Translations under genes and position numbers: made by a program
The notes under the pieces: model-generated
The model's database searches: none
Told to the model about the DNA's origin: nothing
What the model saw: only the letters and a program-made list of their open reading frames with translations
NCBI RefSeq assembly: GCF_004010195.1
Contig: NC_057751.1
Span: forward strand, 3,347,733 to 3,411,732
DNA: 64,000 nucleotides
Reading direction: 5' to 3'
From: Chiloscyllium plagiosum
Taxonomy: Eukaryota
In this document: piece after piece, positions 12,671 to 26,400 of the stretch
How the letters are laid out: each line of letters starts with the position of its first letter
Position numbering within the stretch: position 1 is the first letter of the stretch

Positions 12671-14744
12671 GTAAGTATAAGATTTCAAAGCCAAAGAATA
12701 TTTTTATTCTCTCACGGTCAGCTAAATTCTTCATCAGTTTGCACTGTTTGGACAGGACTGTTGAATATTTTGATGCCATATATTAGCAGGAAGTGGTCTG
12801 AAATTGAAATGACCCCTTCTCTCCAAAATCTATATTGTGCAAATAGACATGTTGAGAATTCACTGTGGAAAGAACAGAGAGCTGAATATATTTCATGTCA
12901 CTTTGTGCGTTTCCAGTCAGATTTCCAACAAATGCTCATGGATGGAGAAAGACAGAAATCTGGAAGCTGATGTTGAGAAAGAACACTGCTTTATCTGGGA
13001 GAAGATGACACCTCACTGAGTTGGGCGCACATAGTTCCAACATTGACTTCAGATTCAGATTAAGCTTGCAAAGCTTGTTCCCCACGAAGTTTATATTCGT
13101 TAGAAGGTGTTCCTTCATCACTGTCTAACTCTCTCTTTCCACTTGGCTTGATGTTCAGATTGAGATTCCAGCTCCTGCTTTGGGCTCAGTGCTGCACCTT
13201 ACTAGTTCTGCTGGCTGAATTTTGTGAGACGCAGAGTGACGTACCTGTTGCCAGGTGATCTGCAGAGGGCACTGTGATATTTGGGTGACTTCACCTTGCT
13301 GAGTCTGAGAAACCATTCCTTCCAGCACACTCCAGGCTGCTGTGTCCAGCGGCCCGTCCCCACATTCCAGAGAAATCAGTCAGTCAGTCATTTAAGTGCA
13401 AATTGCTGGCCTGAAGCCTGAAACTTGTGAGCACTGTTCCTCCATCAAACAGCAGTAAACTCTGACCTGTGGCTGGGACTATTTCACAATTAGACTTTTG
13501 TGGCATTTGGGCACACAAGTGGATCTTGAAGGCTGAATAATGCATTGTGTGTTATGTGGTACGGTGCTCCTGTAATAATCCCTGATGATCAAAGTGTGCC
13601 AAATTGCCCCTTAACTGTTTCTTGTGAACACTTGGTCTGCTCTGAATTTTCTCATGTTATCCTACTTTATTGTAAAATATGAAACTATGCCCTCTGCCAA
13701 GCTGTCGGTTCAGATTTGTGCCAGGGTATTGATTCTGCTGCAGGATGGATGGGCACAGCCCCCTCTTGCACCTTGGTCATGTTTCTGCGTCACCTCTTCT
13801 CCGTCTGACCTTGGCTGCACGCCAGAATGCTGTGGGTCACGTAAGAATCAGAGTAGTCTGGCCTCGTGTTTGAAGGGTTTGACCCAAGAGCCAGATTGTT
13901 CAGCTTTTGGTGTTGGAAGTTGTTTTCTGGTTTTGAGGGTGGTTTGCACATGCAATCAATTGGTACAATGGCCTCCTCATTTGCTCACTGGACAATTCAG
14001 CATTGGTGTTCCGAGAAGTTGCAATGTATCTTGACAAGGTCATCAAAAATGCAAACCTGAGAACTCATGGTGATTATTATAGGATGAGATTTGGAAAGTA
14101 GGGCAGTTGTGTTAAATTGCTGTCCGATCAGGGATAAATTGCATTCGGACAGCTGTGATTTTCAAGTACGTATTTCGGAGCACTAGCAAAGGTCCCAAAT
14201 TGATGTGCAATTAAGACTGTGTTCAGTTCCAATCTCCCTGCTTTTGGAAAGGAATTGTAAAACTTGAGAGGCTGCAACAAAGATTTACAAGCATGTTACC
14301 GAACTTGGAGGATTTGAAGCACAGGGAGAGGCTGAGTAGTCTGGGGATATTTTCTGTGAAGCTTTGGAGGCTGAAGGGTGATCTTACAGAGGTTTATAAA
14401 ATCATGAGGGGAATGGATAGGGTAAATAGATAAAGTCTTTTCCCAGGGTTGGGGGAGTCCAGAACTAGAGGTCATAGGTTTAAGGTGAGAGGGGAAGGAT
14501 TTAAAAAGGATCTCAGGGGTAACTTTTCACGCAGAGGGTGGTATGTGTATGGAATGAGCTGCCAGAGGAAGTGGTGGAGGCTGGTACAATGACAACATTG
14601 AAATGGCACCTGGATGGGTATATGAATAGGAAGGGTATAGAGGGATATGGAGGAGAAAGTGAGGTCTGCAGATGCTGGAGATCAAAGTTGAAACTTTATT
14701 GCTGGAACAGCACAGCAGGTCAGGCAGCATCCAGGGAACAGGAG

Positions 14745-14780
14745 ATTCGACGTTTCGGGCACAGGCCCTTCTTCAGGAAT
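14745..14780 (-). ncRNA. Minimal type I hammerhead ribozyme motif (antisense to BIN3)
   Basis: The minus strand reads AUUC-CUGAAGA-A-GGGC-CUGU-GCCC-GAAA-CGUC-GAAU, the exact reverse complement of 15199-15234. Confidence 0.8.
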
Positions 14781-15198
14781 GAGCAGAGAGTGTTCAGCAG
14801 GAGAAGATAAAAGGTAGGGAGGAGGGACTTGGAGGAGGGGAGTTGGAAATGTGATAGGTGGAAAGAGGTCAAGGTGAGGGTGATAGGTCGGAGTAGGACG
14901 GAGGCGGAGAGGTCAAGAAGAAGACTACAGGTCAGGAAGGCTTGACCTGCAGTCTTCTTCTTGACCTGTCCGCCTCCATCCTACTCCGACCTATCACCCT
15001 CACCTTGACCTCTTTCCACCTATCACATTTAGCAGTCTTCTTCTTGACCTGCAGTCTTCTTCTTGACCTGTCCGCCTCCATCCTACTCCGACCTATCACC
15101 CTCACCTTGACCTCTTTCCACCTATCACATTTCCAACTCCCCTCCTCCAAGTCCCTCCTCCCTACCTTTTATCTTCTCCTGCTGAACACTCTCTGCTC

Positions 15199-15234
15199 AT
15201 TCCTGAAGAAGGGCCTGTGCCCGAAACGTCGAAT
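15199..15234 (+). ncRNA. Minimal type I hammerhead ribozyme motif with an intact core (sense to BIN3)
   Basis: Stem I AUUC(15199-15202)/GAAU(15231-15234). Core CUGAAGA 15203-15209. Stem II GGGC/GCCC with a CUGU loop. GAAA 15223-15226. Loopless palindromic stem III ACGU. Predicted cleavage after GUC at 15230. Confidence 0.82.
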
Positions 15235-15777
15235 CTCCTGTTCCCTGGATGCTGCCTGACCTGCTGTGCTATTCCAGCAATAAAGTTTCAACATAGAGGG
15301 ATATGGGCCAAGTGCTGGCAAGTAGACTGGATTAATTTAGGATATCTGGATGACAGGGATGAGTTGGTCCAAAGACTCTGTTTCCATGCTTTACATCTCG
15401 ATGACTGTCATGTTATTTGTGTCAGGTGTGACTTGACAGGTTGGGGTTCTTGTCTCCAGAGATGAGAAGGCTGAGGGGTCACTATAACGGGTGTCTTCAG
15501 AATTATGAAAGGCGAGGAGTGGAAAAGTGATCCCACTTGAAAGAATTCACAACTAGACGTGAGATGGTCACCAAGAAGTCCAGTTGTGAATTGAGGAGAA
15601 AGTTCTTCAGCCACGGACAAGGGTGAGAATATGAAAATCACAGCTTCAGAGAGTGCTTGAGGTGAAGTGAGGTAAATGAGGGAGAGGCAAGAGACATTGT
15701 TCAGTGTGAGGAAGCTCATGTTGAGCATAAACATCAGCATGGATAATTGGGTACATGGTCATTGAGCGATAAAATTC

Positions 15778-16465
15778 TGTTATGACAAAGGGTAAACCCT
15801 CCTGCTTAATTTAAAACGAGCAACACAGAAAAAACTTATCCCGTGCAGTAATCTGTGAAAATTCGAGAGGTCAAGAACTAGTTTAAAGTAAAAATTAACA
15901 ACTGTATTTCTTAAAGTATAACAGAGAATAATGAACTAACAACTATTTAAAACTCCTTTCTCGAAACTATCTTTTACTTTCCCTTCTATAATTCTAGTCT
16001 GATAAACCCCCGATTAAGATTTACCAAAAATTCAAATTTCAAAACCAACCAGCTGTCGAATCTTCCTTTATATCTTCCTCTGACTTTTTTTCTGCTTCTT
16101 AGGGATTTCTGCCTCACAGGTCACTGAACGATAAAGGTACCTTTAACAGAGCTATTCTCCGGGCAGTCTGCAGATGTCGTTGGCTTGGCAGTTCTCCTCT
16201 TAACTGTTCAATTCTCCCCAGTCTTATACCTCCAAAGCATCAGATTGTGTCATTGGTTTTAAGATTGTCAATGTACAAATTTCAAACTTGATTGGAGTTT
16301 GGTTTTTTTGTGGTACAATTTAAACGGATTGGCCGAATTCAAATTTGTTTTTGTCTCCAGGCAACCAACTACACTAGCTGCTGGACCACATGTTACACTA
16401 TATCTGGTTTAGAACACTTGGTGCTGTCAGGTAGTTCTGCTAGCTACCCTTACTCCTTCATAACC
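15778..16465 (-). mobile_element. Solo LTR (~690 bp)
   Basis: Ends TGTTATGA...TCATAACC (terminal A apparently mutated to C), with a 4-bp TSD ATTC at 15774-15777 and 16466-16469. Orientation is inferred from a degenerate polyA-signal region on the minus strand. Confidence 0.7.
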
Positions 16466-19400
16466 ATTCCATGTGACAAATAAAAGGTGGGTTACCCTCC
16501 AAATGTGTTGAAAGTGGTGGATCTGTTCCTGAAGATTATCTCCACGTTTGTCATTCTGAAAGTTTGCCCTGTCACTGGGCTTCTTATCCAGTAGCATTAT
16601 CTTCAAAGGATAATACTGATATGTGATACCCAGTGTGAAAATTCCCTGGCAATACCTGTGTGCCAACACTGATATGCACAAGCATCCTTGTCTTGTTTGG
16701 GCTAAATTCCCACTTGCTTTGTTTTAAAACTACACAGGGGAGTAAAAAGCTAAATATTTAAAAGCAAACGCACAAATATCTTGGGTTTATACAGAAACCA
16801 GTTGCATTGGTGTGGATTTGAAGGAGCAGCTGTGCTCTTGTGGCAACCCCTTTCCCATTGCCCCTCAACACGCCTCCTCCATGAATCAGAGTCTGGAAAG
16901 GAACTTGATTTTAATGCAAATGGTGATTTAAATAGTTCCTTGAAGGCTATATCTCGGTAAAATACTGGCTTTTGTTGATAATTGCCTGTGAGTCACTCTG
17001 TGTGAGCACCTCGTGCTCTGAAGCAGAGCAGCAGTTCAAATTTCATCTCGAGTTTGCATGATGACCTGTGTTTCTCACAAACAATTGGCAGTACATTCCT
17101 TCCAGGTATCATGGTTGAGCATCTTGTTGTCTTTTTTGAAAAAAAAGGTCCAAAATTTTAAAAACAACAACATGTATATCCTTCCCTTGACCACCCACAC
17201 CCCCCCGCCTTCTCACCCAGCTCTCCCAGCTCAGTCTGCAGTTAGAGGATTGAGCATTTGGGAAGGAGATGAGGGGAAATTTCCTCACTTCATGGCCGAT
17301 ATATCTTGGGAATTGCTGCAGCGTTCTGAGGTGACCGAGTATATTCAAGGCTGGTATTGGTGCGTGTTTGGACCCTCAACGAATGCAGGGAGAGCGCTAC
17401 AAAGTGCAACTTAAGCTGTGATCTTAGCAAGGGTCTGAGGGACAGATATATCCATTGCTTTTCACATTGGCCTTTGAGGAGAATTTTGTTCTTGTATGGG
17501 ATGTGTCACTGACAAAGCCAGCATTTGTTCTCCATTTCTAATTGGCCTTAAATCGAATGGTTGCTGAATCATCTCACGGTGCAGTTGAGAGTCAGACAGT
17601 TGGCTGTGGTATGGCACGTGTGAGAGGCCAGACTGGGCAAGGACTGCTGATATCCATTCCTGGAGGAAATCTGACCATCGGTGTGTGTTTTTATAAGAAT
17701 CCCTGATCGCTTCATGGTTACTATGACTGAGAATAGTTTTCCGTTCTCCAATTACTAATTACATGGAAACACCACTGTCTGCCATGATGGAATTTGAACC
17801 CAAGATCCCAGAGCATTGCTGGGTTACTTGTGATGACTAGTCCAGTGGTGTGACCACTATATCACCATCTCCTGGTGTTTTTTTTCAATGTTTCTGATTA
17901 TACCTTTTATACGGGATGGAATGATAATGAAGATGTGAGCTTTAAAATTGTCCGGCTTGGGGCAATAATGATTACTGGACAGCATGTAACTGCACAACAG
18001 ACCACCAGTCATGAACCATTGGTTTCATTGTCAGCTATTTGTTGTTCCAATGCTAATTGTATTAGCTGTTTCATTCCATTACCTTATCCTATCACATGAC
18101 ACATTGTGGAAGGTTGCACACCAGAAGTGATGCAGGAGTTGTATTCCGCTGAGTTTACAGAAGTTGCACTTGTTCAGAAGAGCCTCACTGATGTTAATCA
18201 TGTCACACTGAGCACCACAGTCTTGGAATATAGTCTGATCCAACCTCGAGTGTACACCTTAGACATGTTGAAGTTGTACAAACAGGTCTCGTCTGGTAGA
18301 CAGCGCAGCAGAGCAATACAGTATCGTTCATGTATTAAGATGTTCCCTGGGGCATATGTGGCTACCTTTTATTGAGCCACAGTTATGTTTGTCGTCAACT
18401 GATTGCAGAATGCTGCTTTGGGTGTGGTTGCAGTGTTACTTGATATTGATTGGCTCTGCAAATTTGTCAGCGTGTGTTTAAACCACCTTGTGTTCACTTG
18501 TATTTCCTCAGGAAGGTGTACAAATGTGAGCAGGAATCCTCCAGTGTTGCATGAACGAGTTCACAAGCTCACGGGTGAATTTTCACACAACCAATCCTTG
18601 TGCAATTCCAGGGATCTGACAGGAAGCTCCCAGTCTGACAGAGACTTGTGTTGTCTTCTATTCTTTTGCTTATGGCATTGTTTCCAAATGTGTCTGAAAA
18701 TTGTGAAAGAATTCTTCAATCTTTAGTGGCTGGCGTTGTCCTTTCACTGCCATGGCAGTGGATCATGCTGGTTGCCCATGTAAGTCTTGAAGACAAATTG
18801 TGTGAAAGTTAGGGCTTCATCTCTGTTGGCAGTATGAATTTTACCATCTGTAGCGAGGCAGGACCAGAGACTAGCTGCAGATTGTCCTATCATCTATCCT
18901 GAGGTGTTTCTTTATTGTGTATCTCTCTTGCAACCATTAAGAGCTCCTGATGGTATGTCCCATTTTCCCTACTTGAAAAAGAAATAAATCAAGAGCCAAA
19001 TAATGTGTATTGATGTTCACTATTTTGGGGCATCCCTGAGCATTTCACAGCCAGTGTCGGCACTGTTGTTTTGCAGAAAACACATCAGTTTCGTTGTGCA
19101 AAGCAAGCTTCCACAGTGTCTGTGTGATGTTACTTAAAAGGGAGGTAAATATTAGAGAGTGCTAAAGGCCACTCAAAATCTTTTAGCTTTGTGCCCCCTG
19201 TTCAATTGAGTGTGTAGACCGTTGATTATTTTTATTACAGGCTGTGCACACGTGGCCCCTCACGAGGATACTTGACTTGGATGGGAACTTGCAGCTTGCT
19301 GCAGACTATGTAGCTTCAGGCAATATTTAGGACCTGTCTCTACAACACCTGCAAGGCATGGGGGCCTCGGTTTAACTTCTCATCTGGGCATTGGGTGGAA

Positions 19401-22400
19401 GCTAACAGCTATGCATTTCTGCAAGTGGGGGGACATGAATTTGAAATTCACCTGGAAATTGCTGGAGAAACTCAGCAGCATCTATGGGAAGAAAGCAGAA
19501 GTAATGTTTTAAGTGCGGTGAGTCTTCATCAGGACCCTGATGCTGTCTTTGGATGGATGGAGTTTGGCAAAACCTGATTAAAGCAGCTGGAGGAGAATTA
19601 TAAATTGAGCAACAGTGAACATTATTATCAGAATGGTCAGATGTTTACAGGGTAAGCATGATCAGGATTCAAAGGGGGGGCATTCTTCCAACCGTTTGTG
19701 GCCTTGGAGAGATTGACATGACTGTCTCCCTACACTTCTGCTGTATTTCATTGGCTGTGAAGCAGTCGAGGATATCCCAACATAGTGAAAGATGTTCCGT
19801 GAATTCTTTGCTGTTTGTGGCTCTATGATGTAGGCTATTGCAACATTGCTCTGAGTGCTGATTGTTGCGTGATACAAGTTGGCCAGAATTCTCCTCTTCC
19901 TCCTTCATACGGTTCTGCATCAAACCTTGAGAGCAGACAGACAGTTCGCATTGGAAAGACGGCACCTCTTCACATTGCATTGGTCCCTCAGTACTGACCT
20001 GAAGTACCTTCCTGGGTGATGCACTAGAGCCTCTGGAATAGAGCGGCACTATGCCTTCGGTTCAACTCTCATCTGAAAGCTGCAAATGCTTGTGTGGATT
20101 GAGCACTGGCAAAACCCATTCTGCATGAGACATGTGGATTGAAGTGACAAGTGAGCATGTGGAGTGATTGTATGAGAATATGGTGTGGTTGTGAATTCAG
20201 AGCTTTATTATCAAACGGATTTGTTCCTAAGAATTCCCGTAAGCAAATGGACTACTTAACGCTGGAATGTCAGGTTAATTGTGGAGCTAATTCTCTGAGA
20301 CACACCCATGGCCCAGTTGTCGAAAAATATTGCTCCCAACTGCCCCTGCAAGTCTTATCAGGTAGCTTAGAGATTGCCATTTTGTTGGCTCTGATGTTAA
20401 AATGTCTGCATACCACAGAGATGTGAAGACAGGTACAAAGAGAGACAGGCACTGGAGCTAGTCTGCTCAGCAGCAACTCAATAATGTCCTGAATAGTTTC
20501 ACTGCGGCATCAATAATGTGTGTGCCCCTGATTACCTTGGTTGTGCTGTTGGTGAATATGCCTCCATCTCCCTTGGTCCTGAGTTTGGTCCTGAGTCCTT
20601 AACCTCTTTGCTTTTTAATCTTTTCCTGCAAATACCTCTTTCATCCGCGATCAAGTTTGTTTTTTGGCCTCAAGTCCTAGTTTCAAATTTGGATTTGATA
20701 AAACATTTGCCAAGTGCCTTGGGATTTCTCACCACATGAAAGATGTTACAAAGCAGCAGGAATTACCTCTGAATGTGCTTCACAGGAGTATTCCCAGCGA
20801 CAGGTTTGACATTGAGCCACACAGGAGATATTGGGACAGATAACCAAATGCTCAACCAAAGAACTAGATTGAAGGCTATTGGAAAAAATGCTCCTCCTTT
20901 CTGGCAATTCCATTTGCCCCCTGTTGTACAGGAACTGGCAGGTCCTGGAGCATGGCTCATTGGCTTTGAGCAAGTTCCCATTTGTCGCTGCAGTGACAGA
21001 GTGCCAGAGCTTGATGCTTTCCTCTGCCATTCTGTGTTTCTCCTTTCTCTTCTCTCCAGGTCATTCTGGGCTCTTCTGATGCTGTTTTGTCAGGAGACTG
21101 TGTGGCTGATCGTTTCATACCCACCAGAGATGCTCTGATCCACTGCAATGCTGTATGCCGGAAAGGAGCAGAGGGGAGAGAGAGAGAGTCTCTCACCCGC
21201 GATGCTGTTCCAATGCCATGAAAACGGGTTCCACACTTCCCTGACAATTTTATTTTCTGCAGTTTGTGTTTATGTCCAGCTTTCTCCTTTGGTGATTTTT
21301 ACCCTGCAGTGAGACTGGTCACACAGTGCCAGCCACTGTTGCCACTGCATGGAGCACCATTGCAATGTGGAGTGGCAGGTCTCTCTGTCTGTCTATCTTA
21401 TTCTCAGTCAGGCAGACAGTCTGGGCTACTGGCTCAGTGTATATGCAGAGATCCAGTGACTAGCAGAGTTTGTGACATGCTGAGTGGGGAGTGGTGAGGT
21501 TGCAGGTTGAGGAACAGAGGAAGAAGAGGTTGTGTAGAGAGAGTGCAGCTGAAATTCGCTTCTTGGCAAATGTAGAGGGAAGGGTGGCAGAATGTTGAGT
21601 ACAAGGGCCTATGCATAATGACTGATGTCTACATAACCTTGGTGCCATCTCACTTATAACCTCAATACCCTCTGAATATGGTAGGCCCCTGCATTATGAG
21701 GGATGTAGCAATGTAGTTCCTACTGGTGTGATAAATAAAGATTGTCAGTCTTTTTGTTCAGTCCCCACCTGATCTGAGAAGTGCTCTCTTGTTCTATGCA
21801 GTGCCCCGGAAAGGATCATATATTGTAGTTGTACATTGCATGAAATCCCGTTCTGGAACAGAACAGGACACTGATTTTGAAACTGAACTGATTCAAAAAG
21901 GCACCTCGAGTGTGTTTCTCAGAGCGGATTGATGGACTTTGTTTTAACTTTTTAAATTTCAAGTGACATGGGTGTCACTGGCAATGCCGTAATTTATTGC
22001 CCAATCCTTTGAACTGATTAACTAGATTGGGACGTTCTGGAGGGCAGTTAGAAGTCAATCAACCATATCAGTGTGGGTCTGGAGTCCAATGTCGGCCAGA
22101 CTGGGTGAGGATAGCACATTTCCTTCACTGAAGAACATGAGAGAACCTGCTAGAGATTTGTGGCTATTGATGATAGTTTCATGATCCTGAGGCTTGAGAC
22201 TGGTTTTATATTCCTGATATTAATTGAATTTAAGTTCCACCATTTGCTGTGGTGGGATTGGCCCATGTGCTTCCAGTCCAGTGATATCACATACTGCCGT
22301 GGTCTCCCCATTTTGTGAAGGGAAGTGACTCTGGCACCCAGTACCATGTAACAGTGTGAGCTGTCTTCCTGTGGGTAATTGAGACTGAGTACAGTACTCT

Positions 22401-23412
22401 GAAGGGGTGATGTGGGGCGCTGAGCGATCGTGGATCTGGTTTAGTGTAAAGCTTGGTAGGCAAATGCTGACTGGATGGAGAATTGCAAAACAAGCCCCTA
22501 TGGGTGAAGACCTGTTTCCTCACCTCATTCTTAAATGACTGACCCAGCAGCATAGAAGGAAGCCATTCAGCCCATTGTGACTGTTCTGGCTCTCAGAACG
22601 TTTTGATGCCATTCTGCTGCCTTGTCCCTGGAAGACTGCACGGTGATGACTAGTCAAATAGAAATAATAACCTCTGGAATACCTGGATTGAACTTGCCTC
22701 CTGTCACTTCCAGGCAGTGCATTCCATACCCGAAACAAATCAGTGTGGCTATTCCCTTACACTCACCCGCTGCAGTCAATGCGACCTGCTGCTTCTTGAC
22801 ATAATTATGTTCACCGTCATTGTTTGGTAAGTGTAAAAACACTCTGAGATTTGAACTGGTGAAGAGGGCACAATAGTCATGTCTTCTTGTCTAAATGGTG
22901 GCCAGAACGATGACGTTCAGGAGTATGTTGTTTTGAGATGGCTGTAAACAGAAATATTACAACTCAGCAGAACATCAGAGTTTACTTCAGATTGAAAAGA
23001 AATCTTTGGCTTGAGGCAAGTGCAGATAAACAGCAGCTTTGTTCAACCACAAACTAATTAAGCTTTGCCTCACTCAATACCCGTATTGGTAAGTCTTTAA
23101 TTAAATGAGTGCAATTGGTTCTGCAGTCTGTTTGGAAATCCAGGTTGAATACCATTTTCATGTTAACCAAAGTTGTTCAGTACCCAGCTTCCTGACACTG
23201 AATTTCTGTGCAGTTGGAACTCTGACTGACGTGACACATGGTACAACCTTGTTGCCACTTGCACAGAACGTGGGGGCTTTTAAAGCTGTGGGAAAACTAC
23301 AGGTCTGAATATGAAATAGTTCTTGCAGTGCAGACTGAGAGAGGTTAGGATTTCTGTTTCTGTAACTGGTAAATGATTCATTGGGTCCTGTGCCTGTCAG
23401 AATACTTCCCGG

Positions 23413-26400
23413 GCATGGACAGGGAGATATTCCGGTTAGAGGCGCAGACACGGACAGGGAGATATTCTGGTTAGAGCCGCAGACACGGACGGGGAGATAT
23501 TCCGGTTAGAGCCACAGACACGGACAGGGAGATATTCCGGTTAGAGCCACAGACACGGTCAGGGAGATATTCCGGTTAGAGCAGACACAGACAGGGAGAT
23601 ATTCCGGTTAGAGCAGACACAGACAGGGAGATATTCCGGTTAGAGCCACAGACACGAACAGGGAGATATTCCGGTTAGAGCAGAAACGGACAGGGAGATA
23701 TTCCGGTTAGAGCAGACACAGACAGGGAGATATTCCAGTTAGTGCAGACACAGACAGGGTGATATTCCGGTTAGAGCCACAGACACGGACAGGGAGATAT
23801 TCCGGTTAGAGCCACAGACACGGACGAGATATTCCGGTTAGAGCCGCAGACACGGACAGGGAGACATTCCGGTTAGAGCAGACATGGACTGGGAGATATT
23901 CCGGTTAGAGCCGCAGACACAGACAGGGAGATATTCCGGTTGGAGCCGCAGACACGGACAGGGAGATATTCCGGTTAGAGCCACAGACACGGACACGGAG
24001 ATATTCCGATTAGAGCCGCAGACACGGACAGGGAGATATTCCGGTTAGAGGCGCAGACAGGGAGATATTCTGGTTAGAGCAGACACGGACAGGGAGATAT
24101 TCCGGTTAGAGCCACAGACACGGACAGGGAGATATTCCGGTTAGAGCAGACACAGACAGGGAGATATTCCGGTTAGAGCCACAGACACAGACAGGGAGAT
24201 ATTCCGGTGAGAGCCACAGACACGGACAGGGAGATATTCCGGTTAGAGCAGACACCAGACAGGGAGATATTCCGGTTAGAGCCACAGACACGGTCAGGGA
24301 GATATTCCGGTTAGAGCCACAGACACGGACAGGGAGATATTCCGGTTAGAGCAGACACAGACTGGGAGATATTCCGGTTACAGCAGACACGGACAGGGAG
24401 ATATTCCGGTTACAGCAGACACGGACAGGGAGATATTCCGGTTAGAGCCACAGACACGGACAGGGAGATATTCCGGTTAGACCCACAGACACGGACAGGG
24501 AGATATTCCAGTTAGAACAGACACGGACAGGGAGATATTCCGGTTAGTGCAGACACGGACAGGAAGATATTCCGGTTAGAGCAGACACGGACAGGAAGAT
24601 ATTCCGGTTAGAGCAGACAAGGACAGGAAGATATTCCGGTTAGAACAGACAGGGACAGGGAGATATTCCGGTTAGAGCAGACACAGACAGGGAGATATCC
24701 CGGTTGGAGCCACAGACACGGACAGGGAGATATTCCGGTTGGAGCCACAGACACGGACAGGGAGATATTCTGGTTAGTGCAGACACAGACAGGGAGATAT
24801 TCCGGTTAGAGCCACAGACACGGACAGGGAGATATTCCGGTTAGAGCAGACTTGGACTGGGAGATATTCCGGTTAGAGCCACAGACACGGACAGGGAGAT
24901 ATTCCGGTTAGAGCAGACACGGACAGGGAGATATTCCGGTTAGAGGCGCAGACACGGACTGGGAGATATTCCGGTTAGAGCCACAGACACGGACAGGGAT
25001 ATATTCCGGTTAGAGCAGACACGGACAGGAAGATATTCTGGTTAGAACAGACACGGACAGGGAGATATTCCGGTTAGAGCAGACACGGGCATGGAGATAT
25101 TCCGGTTAGTGCAGACACGGGCAGGAAGATATTCCGGTTAGAACAGACACGGACAGGAAGTAATTCCGGTTAGAACAGACAGGGACAGAGAGATATTCCG
25201 GTTAGAGCAGACACAGACAGGGAGATATTCCAGTTAGAGCAGACACAGACAGGTAGATATTCCGGTTAGAGCCACAGACACGGACAGGGAGATATTCCGG
25301 TTAGATCCACAGACACGGACAGGGAGATATTCCGGTTAGAGTCACAGACACAGACAGGGAGATATTCCGGTTAGAGCAGACACGGACAGGGAGATATTCC
25401 GGTTAGAGCAGACACGGACTGGGAGATATTCCGGTTAGAGCAGACACGGACAGGGAGATATTCCGGTTAGAGCAGACACGGACAGGGAGATATTCCGGTT
25501 AGAGCAGACACGGACAGGGAGATATTCCGGTTAGAGCAGACACGGACAGGGAGATATTCCGGTTAGAGCAGACACGGACAGGGAGATATTCCGGTTAGAG
25601 CCACAGACACGGACAGGGAGATATTCCGGTTAGAGCCACAGACACGGACAGGGAGATATTCCGGTTAGAGCCACAGACACGGACAGGAAGTAATTCCGGT
25701 TAGAGCAGACACAGACAGGGAGATATTCCAGTTAGAGCAGACACAGACAGGTAGATATTCCGGTTAGAGCCACAGACACGGACAGGGAGATATTCCGGTT
25801 AGAGCCACAGTCACGTACAGGGAGATATTCCGGTTAGAGCTGACACGGACAGGGAGTTATTCCGGTTAGAGCCGCAGACACGAACAGGGAGATATTCCGG
25901 TTAAAGCAGACACAGACAGGGAGATATTCCGGTTAGAGCAGACACAGACAGGGAGATATTCCGGTTAGAGCCACAGACATGGACAAGGAGATATTCCGGT
26001 TAGTGCAGACACAGACAGGGAGATATTCCGGTTAGAGCCACAGACACGGACAGGGAGATATTCCGGTTAGAGCAGACACGGACAGGGAGATATTCCGGTT
26101 AGAACCGCAGACACGGACAGGGAGATATTCCGGTTAAAGCAGACACGGACAGGGAGATATTCCGGTTAGAGCCACAGACACGGACAGGGAGATATTCCGG
26201 TTAGAGCAGACACGGACAGGAAGATATTCCGGTTAGAACAGACACGGACCCGGAGATATTCCGGTTAGAGCAGACACGGACAGGGAGATATTCCGGTTAG
26301 TGCAGACACAGACAGGGAGATATTCCGGTTAGAGCCGCAGACACGGAAAGGGAGATATTCCGGTTAGAGCCACAGACACGGACAGGGAGATATTCCGGTT

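Larger units (their letters stand above)
14651..15292. mobile_element. Penelope-like non-autonomous insertion made of inverted terminal repeats (~250-bp hairpin) plus a 36-nt tail
   Basis: Exact 14-bp TSD ATAGAGGGATATGG (14637-14650 and 15293-15306). Arm 14687-~14939 is the reverse complement of ~15040-15292 with about five mismatches. 14651-14686 is an unpaired tail. Confidence 0.9.
14210..15405 (+). mobile_element. CR1-type LINE 3' portion split by a PLE insertion (CR1 parts 14210-14650 and 15293-15405)
   Basis: VCVWNELPEEVVEAGTMTTLKWHLDGYMNRKGIEGYG continues as ...gggccaagtgctggcaagt once 14651-15292 and one TSD copy are removed. Confidence 0.88.

Noticed and set aside
15359..15368. ATGAGTTGGT as BIN3 exon 1 (MSW plus donor)
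   Set aside because: It lies downstream of exon 2 and inside a CR1 3'UTR.
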